Origin: a virus
Taxonomy: Duplodnaviria > Caudoviricetes
Direction: 5' to 3' (one strand)
DNA length: 55,105 nt
IMG/VR virus record: IMGVR_UViG_3300036770_004953
Location: 1-55,105 of that record
In this document: in pieces, positions 29,901 to 39,507 of the stretch
How the letters are laid out: every line of letters begins with the position of its first letter
Position numbering within the stretch: the first letter of the stretch is position 1
Notes under the pieces: generated by a model
Told to the model about the DNA's origin: nothing
Seen by the model: only the letters and a program-made list of their open reading frames with translations
The model's database searches: none
Translations under genes and position numbers: made by a program

Positions 29901-31394
29901 GGTAATTATTATAGCATCGAGTTTGTTAAGCAATACTTTGAGGGTTCAACCCCTATTTCTAATGGTCTTGTTGGTGAGGAAGTGGAATCCATTTATGCTT
30001 TCCATCAGGCAAGAGACTTGATGAAGCAGGCCTTGACTAATCAACTAACTTATCAAGAACTAGGCATCAGCAGCGGCCCCTCTGTTTATAATGGTGTCGG
30101 CGGAAATGTTGGTGTAACAAGCTCTCTTGCTTGCACCGATGTTCAAAATGCTGTTGATACCCTTGTCGGAATTATCACAACTGTTATTGGAGCAGGAAGC
30201 ACAAGCACTCTCAATAACATCACCGTCAATCCTGGTATTTTCCTGACTGGTGAAAATGTTTGCCGTAGAGACCTAGGTTATGTCTTAGATGCTATTATTA
30301 GTGATCTACGGTCTTATACAAATGAAAAAACCCTAGAGGCAAGAGATGCATACTTCGATCAAAGCGGTATCGTTGGTATTGCCTCAGAAAGAGTTCAATC
30401 TATTGTTGGATTTACTTCTTTAAGAGAGTATGCAAAACTAGCAATCAATAATCAACTCAATGTTAAGGACTTTACCCTGATTGCTGACCCTCTAACCAAT
30501 TCAAACAATGATCCTGCATCTTGTGCGAATGTTAAGACCTTTATTGATAACCTAGTTTCTTATCTGATTACGGATTTAACCAATCAAACCAAGGGTAATT
30601 ATCCAACCACCTATCCCAGCCAATCATTCACTGTTAATGTGGGTGTTTCAACGATTCAACATTATTATGCCTTTGGTGGTAAGGTTACAAACTACATCAG
30701 CAGACCTTATGATGGCCAGGCCTTATACTTTGGTGAACTGTATTCTGATGTTGCTAGTGTACGGGTTATTGATGGTGGATCTGGTTATCAAGAATCACCC
30801 GAATTCTTCTTCTCCGAACCATCAACTGAATGGGGTATTCCTGCTCAGGCCGTTGCAACAATCCGCAATGGTTCTATTACTGAGGTCAACCTAGTTTCCA
30901 GTGGCCGGGGTTATCTGACACCACCAACAGTAACCTTAAGTACACCTAATGCCGGAATTACGACTGCGGTTCTTGAGATTGAAATGAAGCCCACCTACTT
31001 CACTGTAGCAAGCTCAACTCCAATCAGTGCATCTGGTATTACGACAATCACTCTAAACGAAAACATTCCTTATGCTATTGGTGTCGGGACGATCTTAAAA
31101 TTCTATAAGCAAAGTCGAATCCTTGCATCCAGCCATTGTATGGAATACATCGGAACTGGTGTAGACATTGAAAAGGCTATTCCCGTTCTTGGCGGTGTTC
31201 CGATTCAAGAAAATGAGACGATCTCATCAAATGGTGGTCTGGTTGTTTATACGACAACCGATCAGGCAGGTAACTTTAGAATTGGTGATGGTGTTGTTAT
31301 TAATCAGAATACTGGTAGAATCGGTGGAACTGATTATACAAAGAGTCTTTTTGCGACAATGACTCCATTCATTCTATCCCTAGGAGGAGACTAA
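26910..31394 (+). CDS. large virion structural protein with internal repeats
   Basis: 1494 aa; G.D.NSG...ATIKAA...G.YEE..P beta-helix-like N-terminus; repeated C.RD[LI]GY..DA motifs; DGGSGY..P repeats. Confidence 0.8.
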   Translation: MNTLPSIAYLRSAVPGKVPSIDKLPFGQFAINTFDGDVFVKRFRTGIGTDVVRVGAGATTTNLIWVTKDGKDTNSGKKQGDAKATIKAAVADSKEGTVIRVTAGIYEEDNPIKVPPQVSIVGDSLREVDVIPKNDADLFYVGRGNYITGMSFRKEGNTYPLAIAAFDPDDKQYINQSTYVQNCTNFIPNSIGLKIDGNNALGPLKSMVLDSFTQYNANGIGISITNEGYAQLVSLFTICSDTSVYCGTGGACDLTNSNSSFGNKALVANGVGPLKYTGILTTAIQPSDFIIEVDVSTPTFNVTDADYNNETGVVQIYTDAPHLFQKGMSINITGLAFTCNSSQPFPNSGRYQDASNLIIANKQEIVDKSLASIALDYPDFYFPGDAQTTIYSRYKDSYRLIQKNRSEITEKALASIAIGFPDFYFPGDSQTNTRSQFFDSYRLIQQNKDEIVGLAWTAIINQYPALSATESKCRRDLGYFVDAISTDIFTGGNRYSRDYTKFYFNPDGTPISNGINDVEEINGALVGFTSARELMKSAITNQLTIKDLTITPDPNPLNGPVSNTNPTACDGVQHQINTLVGIVTTVIGTSNIGFLTTFSENTGTFTPGSSKCLRDLGYFVDAVSTDIFLGGNKYSRDFTKQYFNNAGIAITNGLVGEESQSVYAFNSAKDLMKAAITNQLNFQDRTITADPSPSSGIVTNTNPNSCANVQSTLDTLVGIVTTVIGTNNIGFLTTFSENSGTFIPAGENKCRRDIGYIVDALAVDLKFSSNANIINAANSYFDANGNPISNGLVGEEAESVRAFIGVREYSKLAINNQLNVKDFTLIADPVTGSNNSEDSCSNVKTTIDNLIGILTTSVGLGSTPSSSIFLPPSVLFYPSGQKGYIFEVIDTAPGRYLDAADLINANRKEILDKSLVGIALSYSDFVYPNDPADDLSYRFKDATRLILKNKSEIVGIAWTNTYNNYPCNLQTIPNVESKCKRDLGYFVDAVTTDLYTGGNYYSIEFVKQYFEGSTPISNGLVGEEVESIYAFHQARDLMKQALTNQLTYQELGISSGPSVYNGVGGNVGVTSSLACTDVQNAVDTLVGIITTVIGAGSTSTLNNITVNPGIFLTGENVCRRDLGYVLDAIISDLRSYTNEKTLEARDAYFDQSGIVGIASERVQSIVGFTSLREYAKLAINNQLNVKDFTLIADPLTNSNNDPASCANVKTFIDNLVSYLITDLTNQTKGNYPTTYPSQSFTVNVGVSTIQHYYAFGGKVTNYISRPYDGQALYFGELYSDVASVRVIDGGSGYQESPEFFFSEPSTEWGIPAQAVATIRNGSITEVNLVSSGRGYLTPPTVTLSTPNAGITTAVLEIEMKPTYFTVASSTPISASGITTITLNENIPYAIGVGTILKFYKQSRILASSHCMEYIGTGVDIEKAIPVLGGVPIQENETISSNGGLVVYTTTDQAGNFRIGDGVVINQNTGRIGGTDYTKSLFATMTPFILSLGGD

Positions 31395-31397
31395 TCA

Positions 31398-31751
31398 ATG
31401 GCACTAGCCCTTAACATTTACAAAACCAAAGTAGGTATTGCAAGCACAGAGATAAAAGAACTTTATAAGGCCCCTGTGGGTTATACTGGTGTAGTCTTAT
31501 GTGCAAACATTACTAACATTGCCGATACAACTCGTACTGTAACTCTTACCCATAATAGGGCAATAAATAATGCAGGAACTATAAGTACAACTGTTACTGA
31601 ATTCTTTGAAGATTTTCCGCTTGAGCCTAATGATTCAATTGATGCGATTAAAGGCAAGTTATTCCTAGAACCAGGGGATAATCTAAAGATTTATGCTAAC
31701 AGTAATAATGAAGTTAAGTATATCTTTAGTATTCTAGAAACCCTAAACTAA
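31398..31751 (+). CDS. hypothetical virion-associated protein
   Basis: GGAG RBS; LYKAP.G...KLFLEPGD.L...SILET pattern. Confidence 0.7.
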   Translation: MALALNIYKTKVGIASTEIKELYKAPVGYTGVVLCANITNIADTTRTVTLTHNRAINNAGTISTTVTEFFEDFPLEPNDSIDAIKGKLFLEPGDNLKIYANSNNEVKYIFSILETLN

Positions 31752-31760
31752 TAACTAAAA

Positions 31761-34700
31761 ATGCCAGAGTATCTTAGCGGTAAAAAAAGAAAACAAAGTT
31801 TAGGGGTTAGCAGTTATTCCGAGAACAAGGATACCGCTAGTATTATTGGTAATGTCTTAGTATCCTCTGGCAAAATTGGTGTTGGTACCACCTTACCAAC
31901 TCAAGATGTTGACGTACAAACAATTCGAATCAGGGACACTGTTTATGATTATACCAATTCGGGTGGTGTCTTTGGTTATTATCTAGTAAAAGATACAGAT
32001 GGTATTAAGTGGGTTGCAGTCCCGCCGATTGATTCTAATGCTATCTTTGTCGCAGAGAACAATAACATCCTTGGTGTAAGCTCTTTCACGGGTCTTAACA
32101 TCATTTCTGATGATTACATTGGGGTCTCTACGAACCCTGTTAATACTAATTTTGCTGACATTCGATACATCCCTTCTTGGGTTAAAAACGGTGAACTTGG
32201 CATTTACACCTCAAAGAATGTTGGTATTGGTACATCTATTCCGACTGCCGATTTTCAAGTTGGTGTAGGAACTACTGGTGTAACGATTGATGGTGCCGCT
32301 GGTGTCGTTAGTGCCTTAGCCTATTATGGTGATGATGCCTTTATTAAGAGACTTATTGCGGGTGTAACCACTGTTAGCGATGAGTTTACTGTTGTTGGCC
32401 TTGGTACGACTCTTGTTGCTGTTAATTTAGCATCAGCTGGAGGTATTACGACAACTGGTGGGGATCTCTACATCGGAGGATCTTTATTTGCAGAAACGAT
32501 AAACATTATTGATTTAGAAGTTGTTAACATCAATTCAACTGGTGTCTCAACATTTAATCAATCATTCACTAATGTTGGTGTTGCAACTACTTTTATTGTT
32601 ACTGGAATCGCATCAATCAATGATCTTCTTGTAACGGGCGTCACAACTGTCCAGGACCTATTCGCGCAGAACATTGATGTTGTTGGTGTTACCACAACCA
32701 ACACAATTAATGCAACAACTGGTATTATTACCAACTTAACAACTGAGGTTGGTTTTATCACCAATCTGGTTTCTGTTGCTGCTACGATTACTAATTTAAC
32801 AGCAGAAATTATTACGGGTATTGGTAGTGCTTATCTACCTGTAGCATCTATTGATAGCCTTGTAGGTCTTGCTGCAACGTTCAGTAATCTTGATAGCGAT
32901 AATGCTACAATTGATTATCAAGTCGGCATCGGGGCTACATTTACTGATGTTAATGTTACATCTGGTATTGTATCTAATCTTATTAGTGCTGCATCAACTA
33001 TTTCTACGCTTGATGTTGATAATGCCACTATTGATTATCAGACTGGAATCGGTGCTACCTTTACTAATCTTAATGCAACAACTGGTATTGTCACTAATTT
33101 CACCTCTGTCAATGCTACCAGCAATAATCTTGTTGTTACAGGAATTACAACTTTAGGTAATTCATCCAGCGGTATTGTTACTGTTATTGGCGATCTTTAT
33201 GTTGGCGATAAGTTATACACCACGGGCCTACAGCAGTTCGATTCTCTTCAATCTGGTGATCTTAATGTAACAGGTATTGCAACAATTAATGATGCATTTT
33301 TAACTGATCTGGTTGCGGATACGGCTACCTTTACAACTCTAACCTCAACAAATAATGATTTAGCCAACATCATAGGTGTTGCAGCAACTATCACTAGAAT
33401 CGAGACTGATCTTATTGATGCAGAAGATGCTGTATTAGAAAATCTGTTTGTTTCTGGCATCTCCACGTTTAACTCTATTACTGTAGTTAATGAAGTTACA
33501 ACTGGTATTCTAACTGTTTCCCAGCTGGACGTACAAGATGAATTTGATGTTTATGCTAATACTTCTGTATTCCATAATAATCTGATTATTCAAGGTAATC
33601 TTACGGTCAATGGTACCGAAACGATTATCAACACCGAAGAAAAGTACATTAAGGATAAACAGATTGTTCTTGGTTATTCGACAACAAACGGAACCAATGA
33701 AATAACAGCAAATGGTGGTGGTATTGCGATTGCATCTACCATCGGAACTCCGCTTGTTTCACTTTATGTAATTGGTGTTAATACCCTACCCGATACTTAT
33801 AAGCAATTCCTTTGGACCAAGGCCGGCACTTATGGTGTTGGTACTACGGATGCTTTCCTATCCAATTATGCAATCGGTATCGGCTCAACATTAGTACCTA
33901 CTGGGGTAAGACTTGCTGTTGGCGGAATTCAGCTAACGGATAATGGGATTGCTGTTCCTAACATTGTATCAACTGGTATTGCAACCTTTAACCTTGTAAA
34001 CTTAAATTCTGTTGAATTTATTAATCTAATCGGTGCGGCAATTTCTGCTAATAGTCTTAAAGTATCTGGTATAACAACCCTAGGTGCTCCTGGTCCATCG
34101 GGCTTCACCACAACTTTAGGCGACCTTTATGTTGGCGGTGATCTTTATACCAAAGGTATCCAGTTCTTCGATAACATTGGGGCCACTCTTCTTAATGTAA
34201 CTGGTGTTGGTACGATTAATACTATTGATGTTAATAATGGTACTTTTGATTATCTTGTTGGCATCGCTGCAACAATTCCAACTCTTAATTCAACGAACAT
34301 TGTTTCTACTGCTGCATCTTTTATTAACCTAAGAGTTGCCGGTCTTTCTACATTTACGGATGGTCCTGTTTTAGTAGGTTCTGGCACTTCAACTGGAACC
34401 CTAAATCAACGATTGCAAGTTACTGGTGGTTTTTATGCCTCCGGTAATGCTGGTATTGGTACTACTAATCCAACATCCAAACTTGATGTTATTGGTGATG
34501 GTCGATTCAGTGGAGTTGTTACTGCTGCTACATTTATTGGATCATTTTCAGGAAATGCTACAACTGCTGATTATGCAGACTATGCGGACTTTGCTGGTGT
34601 TTCAACAAGTGTTATTGGTGGTATTGGGTCCTTAACAAGATTAAGTGTCAGTGGTATTTCTACATTTACCTCTGGTCCTGTTCTTATTGGTTCTGGAACT

Positions 34701-35444
34701 TCTACTGGAACTGCTAACCAACTTTTACAAGTTACTGGTGGGGCTTATTATTCAGGAAATGTTGGTATTGGATCCACTTTACCAACCAGAAATCTTGACA
34801 TCAATGGCTCGTTTAGATTAACAGGACAATTTTTTGATCGTTTCGGCCAACCCGGCACTCAAGGTCAAATTATTGCAGCGGATCCTATTAATGGCAGTTG
34901 GTACTGGGCTCCGGCTCCTTTGACTAACCTGGGTATTATTACAACCAATGATGATGTTACTTATTATCCCACTTTAAGAACAACTGGTATTGTTGGTGAT
35001 ACTAACGGTATTGGTTCTGCATCTTATCTGCAGATTGATAATAGTGCTGGTTTATCTTATAAGATCAATCCCCCTAGAATTGGTATTGGTACTACCAACC
35101 CAACGACAAGGGTGCAACTTAGTAATACATTTGGTCTAGAAATAGCAACAACTACGGTTGCAACAACCTCTGCAACCTCAATTGATTCTTTATCCGCGAC
35201 TACTTATAGATCAGCAAGGTTCCAGGTCCAGATTACACAAGGATCATCTTATCAAGTATCAGATGTTCTTGTGATTCATAATGGAACAACCGCAAGTCTT
35301 GTTGAGTATGCATCTATTGCAACTGGTGATTATCTTGGTGAATTTAGTGCCATTGTTTCTGGAGGCTCATTGATTCTTAGAGTATCAATGTTTAGTGCAT
35401 CATCTGCTACTGTTAAGGTAGTTCGTTATGGTATTACAGTCTAA
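31761..35444 (+). CDS. tail fibre-like protein
   Basis: 1227 aa, G/T/V/I-rich with repeated V.G..T and GNVGIGT.P motifs. Confidence 0.8.
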   Translation: MPEYLSGKKRKQSLGVSSYSENKDTASIIGNVLVSSGKIGVGTTLPTQDVDVQTIRIRDTVYDYTNSGGVFGYYLVKDTDGIKWVAVPPIDSNAIFVAENNNILGVSSFTGLNIISDDYIGVSTNPVNTNFADIRYIPSWVKNGELGIYTSKNVGIGTSIPTADFQVGVGTTGVTIDGAAGVVSALAYYGDDAFIKRLIAGVTTVSDEFTVVGLGTTLVAVNLASAGGITTTGGDLYIGGSLFAETINIIDLEVVNINSTGVSTFNQSFTNVGVATTFIVTGIASINDLLVTGVTTVQDLFAQNIDVVGVTTTNTINATTGIITNLTTEVGFITNLVSVAATITNLTAEIITGIGSAYLPVASIDSLVGLAATFSNLDSDNATIDYQVGIGATFTDVNVTSGIVSNLISAASTISTLDVDNATIDYQTGIGATFTNLNATTGIVTNFTSVNATSNNLVVTGITTLGNSSSGIVTVIGDLYVGDKLYTTGLQQFDSLQSGDLNVTGIATINDAFLTDLVADTATFTTLTSTNNDLANIIGVAATITRIETDLIDAEDAVLENLFVSGISTFNSITVVNEVTTGILTVSQLDVQDEFDVYANTSVFHNNLIIQGNLTVNGTETIINTEEKYIKDKQIVLGYSTTNGTNEITANGGGIAIASTIGTPLVSLYVIGVNTLPDTYKQFLWTKAGTYGVGTTDAFLSNYAIGIGSTLVPTGVRLAVGGIQLTDNGIAVPNIVSTGIATFNLVNLNSVEFINLIGAAISANSLKVSGITTLGAPGPSGFTTTLGDLYVGGDLYTKGIQFFDNIGATLLNVTGVGTINTIDVNNGTFDYLVGIAATIPTLNSTNIVSTAASFINLRVAGLSTFTDGPVLVGSGTSTGTLNQRLQVTGGFYASGNAGIGTTNPTSKLDVIGDGRFSGVVTAATFIGSFSGNATTADYADYADFAGVSTSVIGGIGSLTRLSVSGISTFTSGPVLIGSGTSTGTANQLLQVTGGAYYSGNVGIGSTLPTRNLDINGSFRLTGQFFDRFGQPGTQGQIIAADPINGSWYWAPAPLTNLGIITTNDDVTYYPTLRTTGIVGDTNGIGSASYLQIDNSAGLSYKINPPRIGIGTTNPTTRVQLSNTFGLEIATTTVATTSATSIDSLSATTYRSARFQVQITQGSSYQVSDVLVIHNGTTASLVEYASIATGDYLGEFSAIVSGGSLILRVSMFSASSATVKVVRYGITV

Positions 35445-35447
35445 ATA
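35441..35447 (+). promoter_or_regulatory. T4-type late promoter motif (C/A)TAAATA, representative copy
   Basis: same motif just before many genes, e.g. 2362, 10221, 22560, 24703, 26855, 38049, 38550, 39479, 49426 (+) and 24494, 42021 (-); variant of T4 TATAAATA. Confidence 0.75.
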
Positions 35448-35469
35448 ATCCTATAGTAAATTCAGAGAA

Positions 35470-35979
35470 ATGACAGTTTACGTTGGTCCTACAAACTGGT
35501 GGTGGGTAGCAAGCCCAAATGCGCCTATTTCTTGTAAAGTTAAGGCAGTTGTTAGAACTTGTCCTAATTCTTGTCTAGGGGTGACATTAACCGATGGGTC
35601 TAGGATCATTTGTGTCGGGGATAGTAGTGCTCTTATTGTTGCACCTTGTTGCACTCAAGTTGGATCTGCCTGGGCTGGCGGTCAATACAATGCTACTGTA
35701 GTCGGTGATAAATGTTGTGTATCCGAGTGGCCAGGCTTACAAAGTCAATTAACGAGTTGCGGATTTACCCCATCAGATTGGTGTGTGCCGTCTCAGAGCG
35801 ACTTATTTCTTAGTTACAATTGTAGGTCTTATTGGGATTATACGTCCTGGGTTTACTGGTCTTCTACGGAGAGTAGTTTTAGTTTTGCGTGTCGCGCTAA
35901 TTTATCTGATGGTAGCCAGGGCGGCGGTAGTAAGTCGAATGTGTGCTGTGTCCGGGCTTTCAGACGTGTAACATATTAA
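35470..35979 (+). CDS. Cys-rich CLec/DUF1566-like protein, putative DGR target 1
   Basis: DWCVPS..L, C-terminal YWSSTE...G.Q....K....CVRAFR; paralog of 38076 and 39508. Confidence 0.8.
   Translation: MTVYVGPTNWWWVASPNAPISCKVKAVVRTCPNSCLGVTLTDGSRIICVGDSSALIVAPCCTQVGSAWAGGQYNATVVGDKCCVSEWPGLQSQLTSCGFTPSDWCVPSQSDLFLSYNCRSYWDYTSWVYWSSTESSFSFACRANLSDGSQGGGSKSNVCCVRAFRRVTY
35854..35979 (+). repeat. variable-repeat-like segment VR1
   Basis: 126-nt gap-free alignment with 38421-38546 and 39868-39993. Confidence 0.75.
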
Positions 35980-36018
35980 AAATCCAACTAAAAAATTAAA
36001 CCCGCAGCAATAATACCA

Positions 36019-38052
36019 ATGTCAAAAAATAGGATTAATTTTACCGATGATTTTGTTCTCAGGGACGGTAAGATTGGCATTGGTACGACTAATCCAACAA
36101 CAAAGCTCCAGGTAACAGGAGATTTAAAGGTAACTTCTGTTGGAGCAACAACTGGGGAAGAAATAACCCTTAAGCATTATAGGGCTAATGGTGGCTCACT
36201 CGCATTTGAATCCGGCGAAAATCATCTTTTTAGTGTAACGAATCAAGTAGGCGATTTAATTTACTCTATTGGTGATGCTAATGGAAATCCATCTTTTAGA
36301 GTCTTTAATAGTGGTATCACAAGTATTACGAATGGATTTATTGGTGTATTAACCGTAGGCACATCTATTTCCGCCGGCACCCTAGTCCAAACCCCAATCG
36401 TAGACTTCCTCTCCCCAGGAGCAGGAACCTCAACCAAAATAACAGCAAAACATTATACAACCAATAACGGCTCTCTTGCTTTTGAATCCGGTGAAAATCA
36501 TCTTTTCTCCATCACAAACGCAGCAGATGGATTGCTTTATAACATCACCGATGAAAATGCAGATAGTGTTGTTGCAATCTCAACCACAGGAATCGTATCA
36601 TTCACCAATAAGTTAATCCTAGGCTCAAGAGTCAATGCCTTCAGCACCGAAAGAATGGAGCTGCAGACTTATGGAATCCGTGATGGTGCCTTATCTATCA
36701 ATAATTCTGGTGGAAACCAACTCTTCAATGTTTCCAACATCCCAGATGCTGATTCTGAATTTAAGATTAATCAATACAATTCTAGTGGTATTGTCTCACA
36801 AAACACGGCAACAAGAAGTGTCTTCTCTGTTAGTGTTGGCGGGACAGTTTCTTCTTTTTATCCAATCAACATTGGTACTGGCCTAACCAATAACTTCCCA
36901 TCAAACCTTACGAGCCGTATTGTCGGTCCTTTGTCTCTTGTTGCACCCCATTCAACGGCAACACAAGTTGTTAAGATGGTGCCAAAGTATTCGGACCTTG
37001 GTGCCATAAGCTTCGAGGCCTCAGTTGGTACTGCCCAGACTGATCGTGGCACCCAAATCTTTAGTATTTCCAATAATCTATCATCAACCATCTTTAGGGT
37101 TAATGATGTTAATAGAAATACAATCCTAGAAGCAACTGCAAGTGGTAATGTTGGTATTGGTACGACCTTACCTCAAACAAAGTTCCAGGTAACAGGCACC
37201 ACAAGAATTACATCTGTTGGCTCAACACCATCCGAGCAGATTGACATTAGGCATTATCGAGACATTTCACCACAACAAGTTGTTGGTCTTAATACCAATA
37301 ATCGAGGTGCTATTAGTTTTGATTCTCCTGCTGGTATTTCTAATGATGGCGTTACCTTTTTCCCTGCCTCATTGTTTGCTATTACGAATGATCCGACTGG
37401 TAACATTTTTAGTGTTGGGGGTTATCGGTATTTTTCAGGTAGTCCTTATCCTGCAATTGATGTAACTCAAAGTGGAAGGGTTGGTATTGGAACAACTGCG
37501 CCTCAGGTTGATTTTCAAATTAACAGTTTTACTTATCTAACCAATGAGTTCCTTGCCCAATCGCCAATTTCTTTTGCCTCTAGCCTAAGTACAACATCTG
37601 CGAATAAGATTTATACGAGAACCGTAGATCCTGGGTTTTATACAACAGCTCCAGCCAGAAGAGCGATGTATTTTGAGGGTGATTATCAAACTAATGAAAG
37701 TGGCGGACAATTATTGACGATCACGAATGATAATAGTTCTTTATTTGCTGTTAATAGATTTGTTGGACTATCATCTGCAAGACTAGCCCCCGCCGGCCAA
37801 AGGAACATTGATGCGGCCTTACAAGTTAACCTAAATGGTAATGTTGGTATTAATACGAATAATCCGACTACCTTATTGGATGTAAGGGGTAATGCATCTA
37901 TTACAGGGATTACAACACTCGGTATTGGATCAACCTCATCACCATCATCTAATTCCAGCTTTAGTTTTGAACTAACCAACAACACAACCCTTACTGTTAG
38001 AGTTCGTGGTACTGATGGTGTTGTAAGAACTGGCATTATCACACTTGCATAA
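36019..38052 (+). CDS. tail fibre-like protein with internal repeats
   Basis: repeated G.[VI]GIGTT.P and KHY...GSLAFESGENHLFS modules. Confidence 0.75.
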   Translation: MSKNRINFTDDFVLRDGKIGIGTTNPTTKLQVTGDLKVTSVGATTGEEITLKHYRANGGSLAFESGENHLFSVTNQVGDLIYSIGDANGNPSFRVFNSGITSITNGFIGVLTVGTSISAGTLVQTPIVDFLSPGAGTSTKITAKHYTTNNGSLAFESGENHLFSITNAADGLLYNITDENADSVVAISTTGIVSFTNKLILGSRVNAFSTERMELQTYGIRDGALSINNSGGNQLFNVSNIPDADSEFKINQYNSSGIVSQNTATRSVFSVSVGGTVSSFYPINIGTGLTNNFPSNLTSRIVGPLSLVAPHSTATQVVKMVPKYSDLGAISFEASVGTAQTDRGTQIFSISNNLSSTIFRVNDVNRNTILEATASGNVGIGTTLPQTKFQVTGTTRITSVGSTPSEQIDIRHYRDISPQQVVGLNTNNRGAISFDSPAGISNDGVTFFPASLFAITNDPTGNIFSVGGYRYFSGSPYPAIDVTQSGRVGIGTTAPQVDFQINSFTYLTNEFLAQSPISFASSLSTTSANKIYTRTVDPGFYTTAPARRAMYFEGDYQTNESGGQLLTITNDNSSLFAVNRFVGLSSARLAPAGQRNIDAALQVNLNGNVGINTNNPTTLLDVRGNASITGITTLGIGSTSSPSSNSSFSFELTNNTTLTVRVRGTDGVVRTGIITLA

Positions 38053-38075
38053 ATAGTAAAAACTTTAGAGAAATT

Positions 38076-38546
38076 ATGGGACTTATTATCGGACCTACTC
38101 CTTGGTGGCAGGCTAATCTTGTTGCTGCTTGTCCTGAAGGAACCACTCTGCCTGATGGTAGTAGAATTATTTCAAAGGCAGGCGGAACTGCCTACATTGT
38201 TGCCCCATCTTGCACTCAAGTTGGGTCTCAATGGGCCGGCGGACAATACAATAGCACTGCTGTTGGAGATAAATGTTGCATTTGCGAATGGCCAGGATTA
38301 AACACATTGCTTATTCAGTGTGGCTTCAATCCCTGTGATTGGTGCGTACCATCTCAGAGCGATCTTTTCACTTTTGGCTATGCCTGCAGAACAAATTGGG
38401 ATACTTTTTCATCCACGAATTACTGGTCTTCTACTGAGGCTAGCTCTACTAATGCGTGCGGCGTGTATTTTCTTAATGGTATCCAGACCACCTCTAGTAA
38501 GACGGGTACGCTTTGTGTCCGGGCCTTCAGATCGGTAACCTACTAA
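38076..38546 (+). CDS. Cys-rich CLec/DUF1566-like protein, putative DGR target 2
   Basis: C-terminal YWSSTEASSTNACGVYFLNGIQTTSSKTGTLCVRAFR. Confidence 0.8.
   Translation: MGLIIGPTPWWQANLVAACPEGTTLPDGSRIISKAGGTAYIVAPSCTQVGSQWAGGQYNSTAVGDKCCICEWPGLNTLLIQCGFNPCDWCVPSQSDLFTFGYACRTNWDTFSSTNYWSSTEASSTNACGVYFLNGIQTTSSKTGTLCVRAFRSVTY
38421..38546 (+). repeat. variable-repeat-like segment VR2
   Basis: aligns to VR1 and VR3; mismatches concentrated at codon positions 1-2. Confidence 0.8.
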
Positions 38547-38579
38547 CACCTAAATAAACCAAATTCAACTTTCTAATTT

Positions 38580-39482
38580 ATGAAATCCATCATCACAATA
38601 GACGGCGGAATCGGCCGTGCTATTACTGCCTTGCCTGCCTTGATTTATTATGCCCAACATAATAAAGATTTCAACGTAATGATTCACGGTTGGGATTTTG
38701 TAACCTGGGGTATTCCAGAATTACAATCAAGAACCTTTAATCCAGAAACAAAAGGAATATTTCAAAACTACTTCTGGCAAGCCGATAAGATCATCGCACC
38801 TGAGCCTTATCGTCTACCTCAATACTACCGTAATGAAATCTCTCTAATCCAGGCATTTCATCAAGAGATCAATAATTCAACCGATTATGAGAATCTCCCA
38901 ACTGAATATTTTAGGTTATCAAAGTTCGAAGAACTCAAAGGACAAGAGATCATTCATTATGCAAGGGATACCCATAAGAAGCAAAAAACGATTGTAATCC
39001 AGCCTTATGGTAGCACTGCCAATAAGTGTCCTTTAGGTGTGTTTGATGAGTCTTATCGTTCTATCCCTGAAAACGTCTACATCAGACTTGTTCAGAGGTT
39101 ATCAACCCAGTATAACATTATTTATATGGGTGCTATTGAATTCCAAGATTACTTGTCCTATAAGCCACAACCAGACCCCAATCTTAGGGAATGGGCAGCA
39201 ATTATTAAGGCAGCTGATTACTTTATTGGTTGTGATTCTTGCGGACAACACATGGCGAAGGCTGTAGGTCAAAGAGCATCTGTATTCCTTGGTGGTACGC
39301 ATAAAATCAATGTATCTTATGATGAGTTTCATACCATCGAAAGAGATGTTCCTTATTATCCTTCACCAATGCGTATTTGCTCTTATGATAGTATGCTAGC
39401 AACCAGATTAAACGAAGAAAGAATGAATTATACGGATGAAGAGATTGAAGAGGTTATTGATTCTATTATTGAAAGAATCTAA
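38580..39482 (+). CDS. glycosyltransferase, GT9 (heptosyltransferase)-like
   Basis: GGIG N-terminal motif, IVIQPYGS, AAIIKAADYFIGCDSCGQHMAKAVG. Confidence 0.75.
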   Translation: MKSIITIDGGIGRAITALPALIYYAQHNKDFNVMIHGWDFVTWGIPELQSRTFNPETKGIFQNYFWQADKIIAPEPYRLPQYYRNEISLIQAFHQEINNSTDYENLPTEYFRLSKFEELKGQEIIHYARDTHKKQKTIVIQPYGSTANKCPLGVFDESYRSIPENVYIRLVQRLSTQYNIIYMGAIEFQDYLSYKPQPDPNLREWAAIIKAADYFIGCDSCGQHMAKAVGQRASVFLGGTHKINVSYDEFHTIERDVPYYPSPMRICSYDSMLATRLNEERMNYTDEEIEEVIDSIIERI

Positions 39483-39507
39483 ATAGTATGAGAGTTATTA
39501 GAGTATT

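Noticed and set aside
36001-36012. CAGCAA upstream of the 677-aa fibre gene as another hairpin-motif copy
   Set aside because: Lacks WAG 9 nt upstream and a closing stem.
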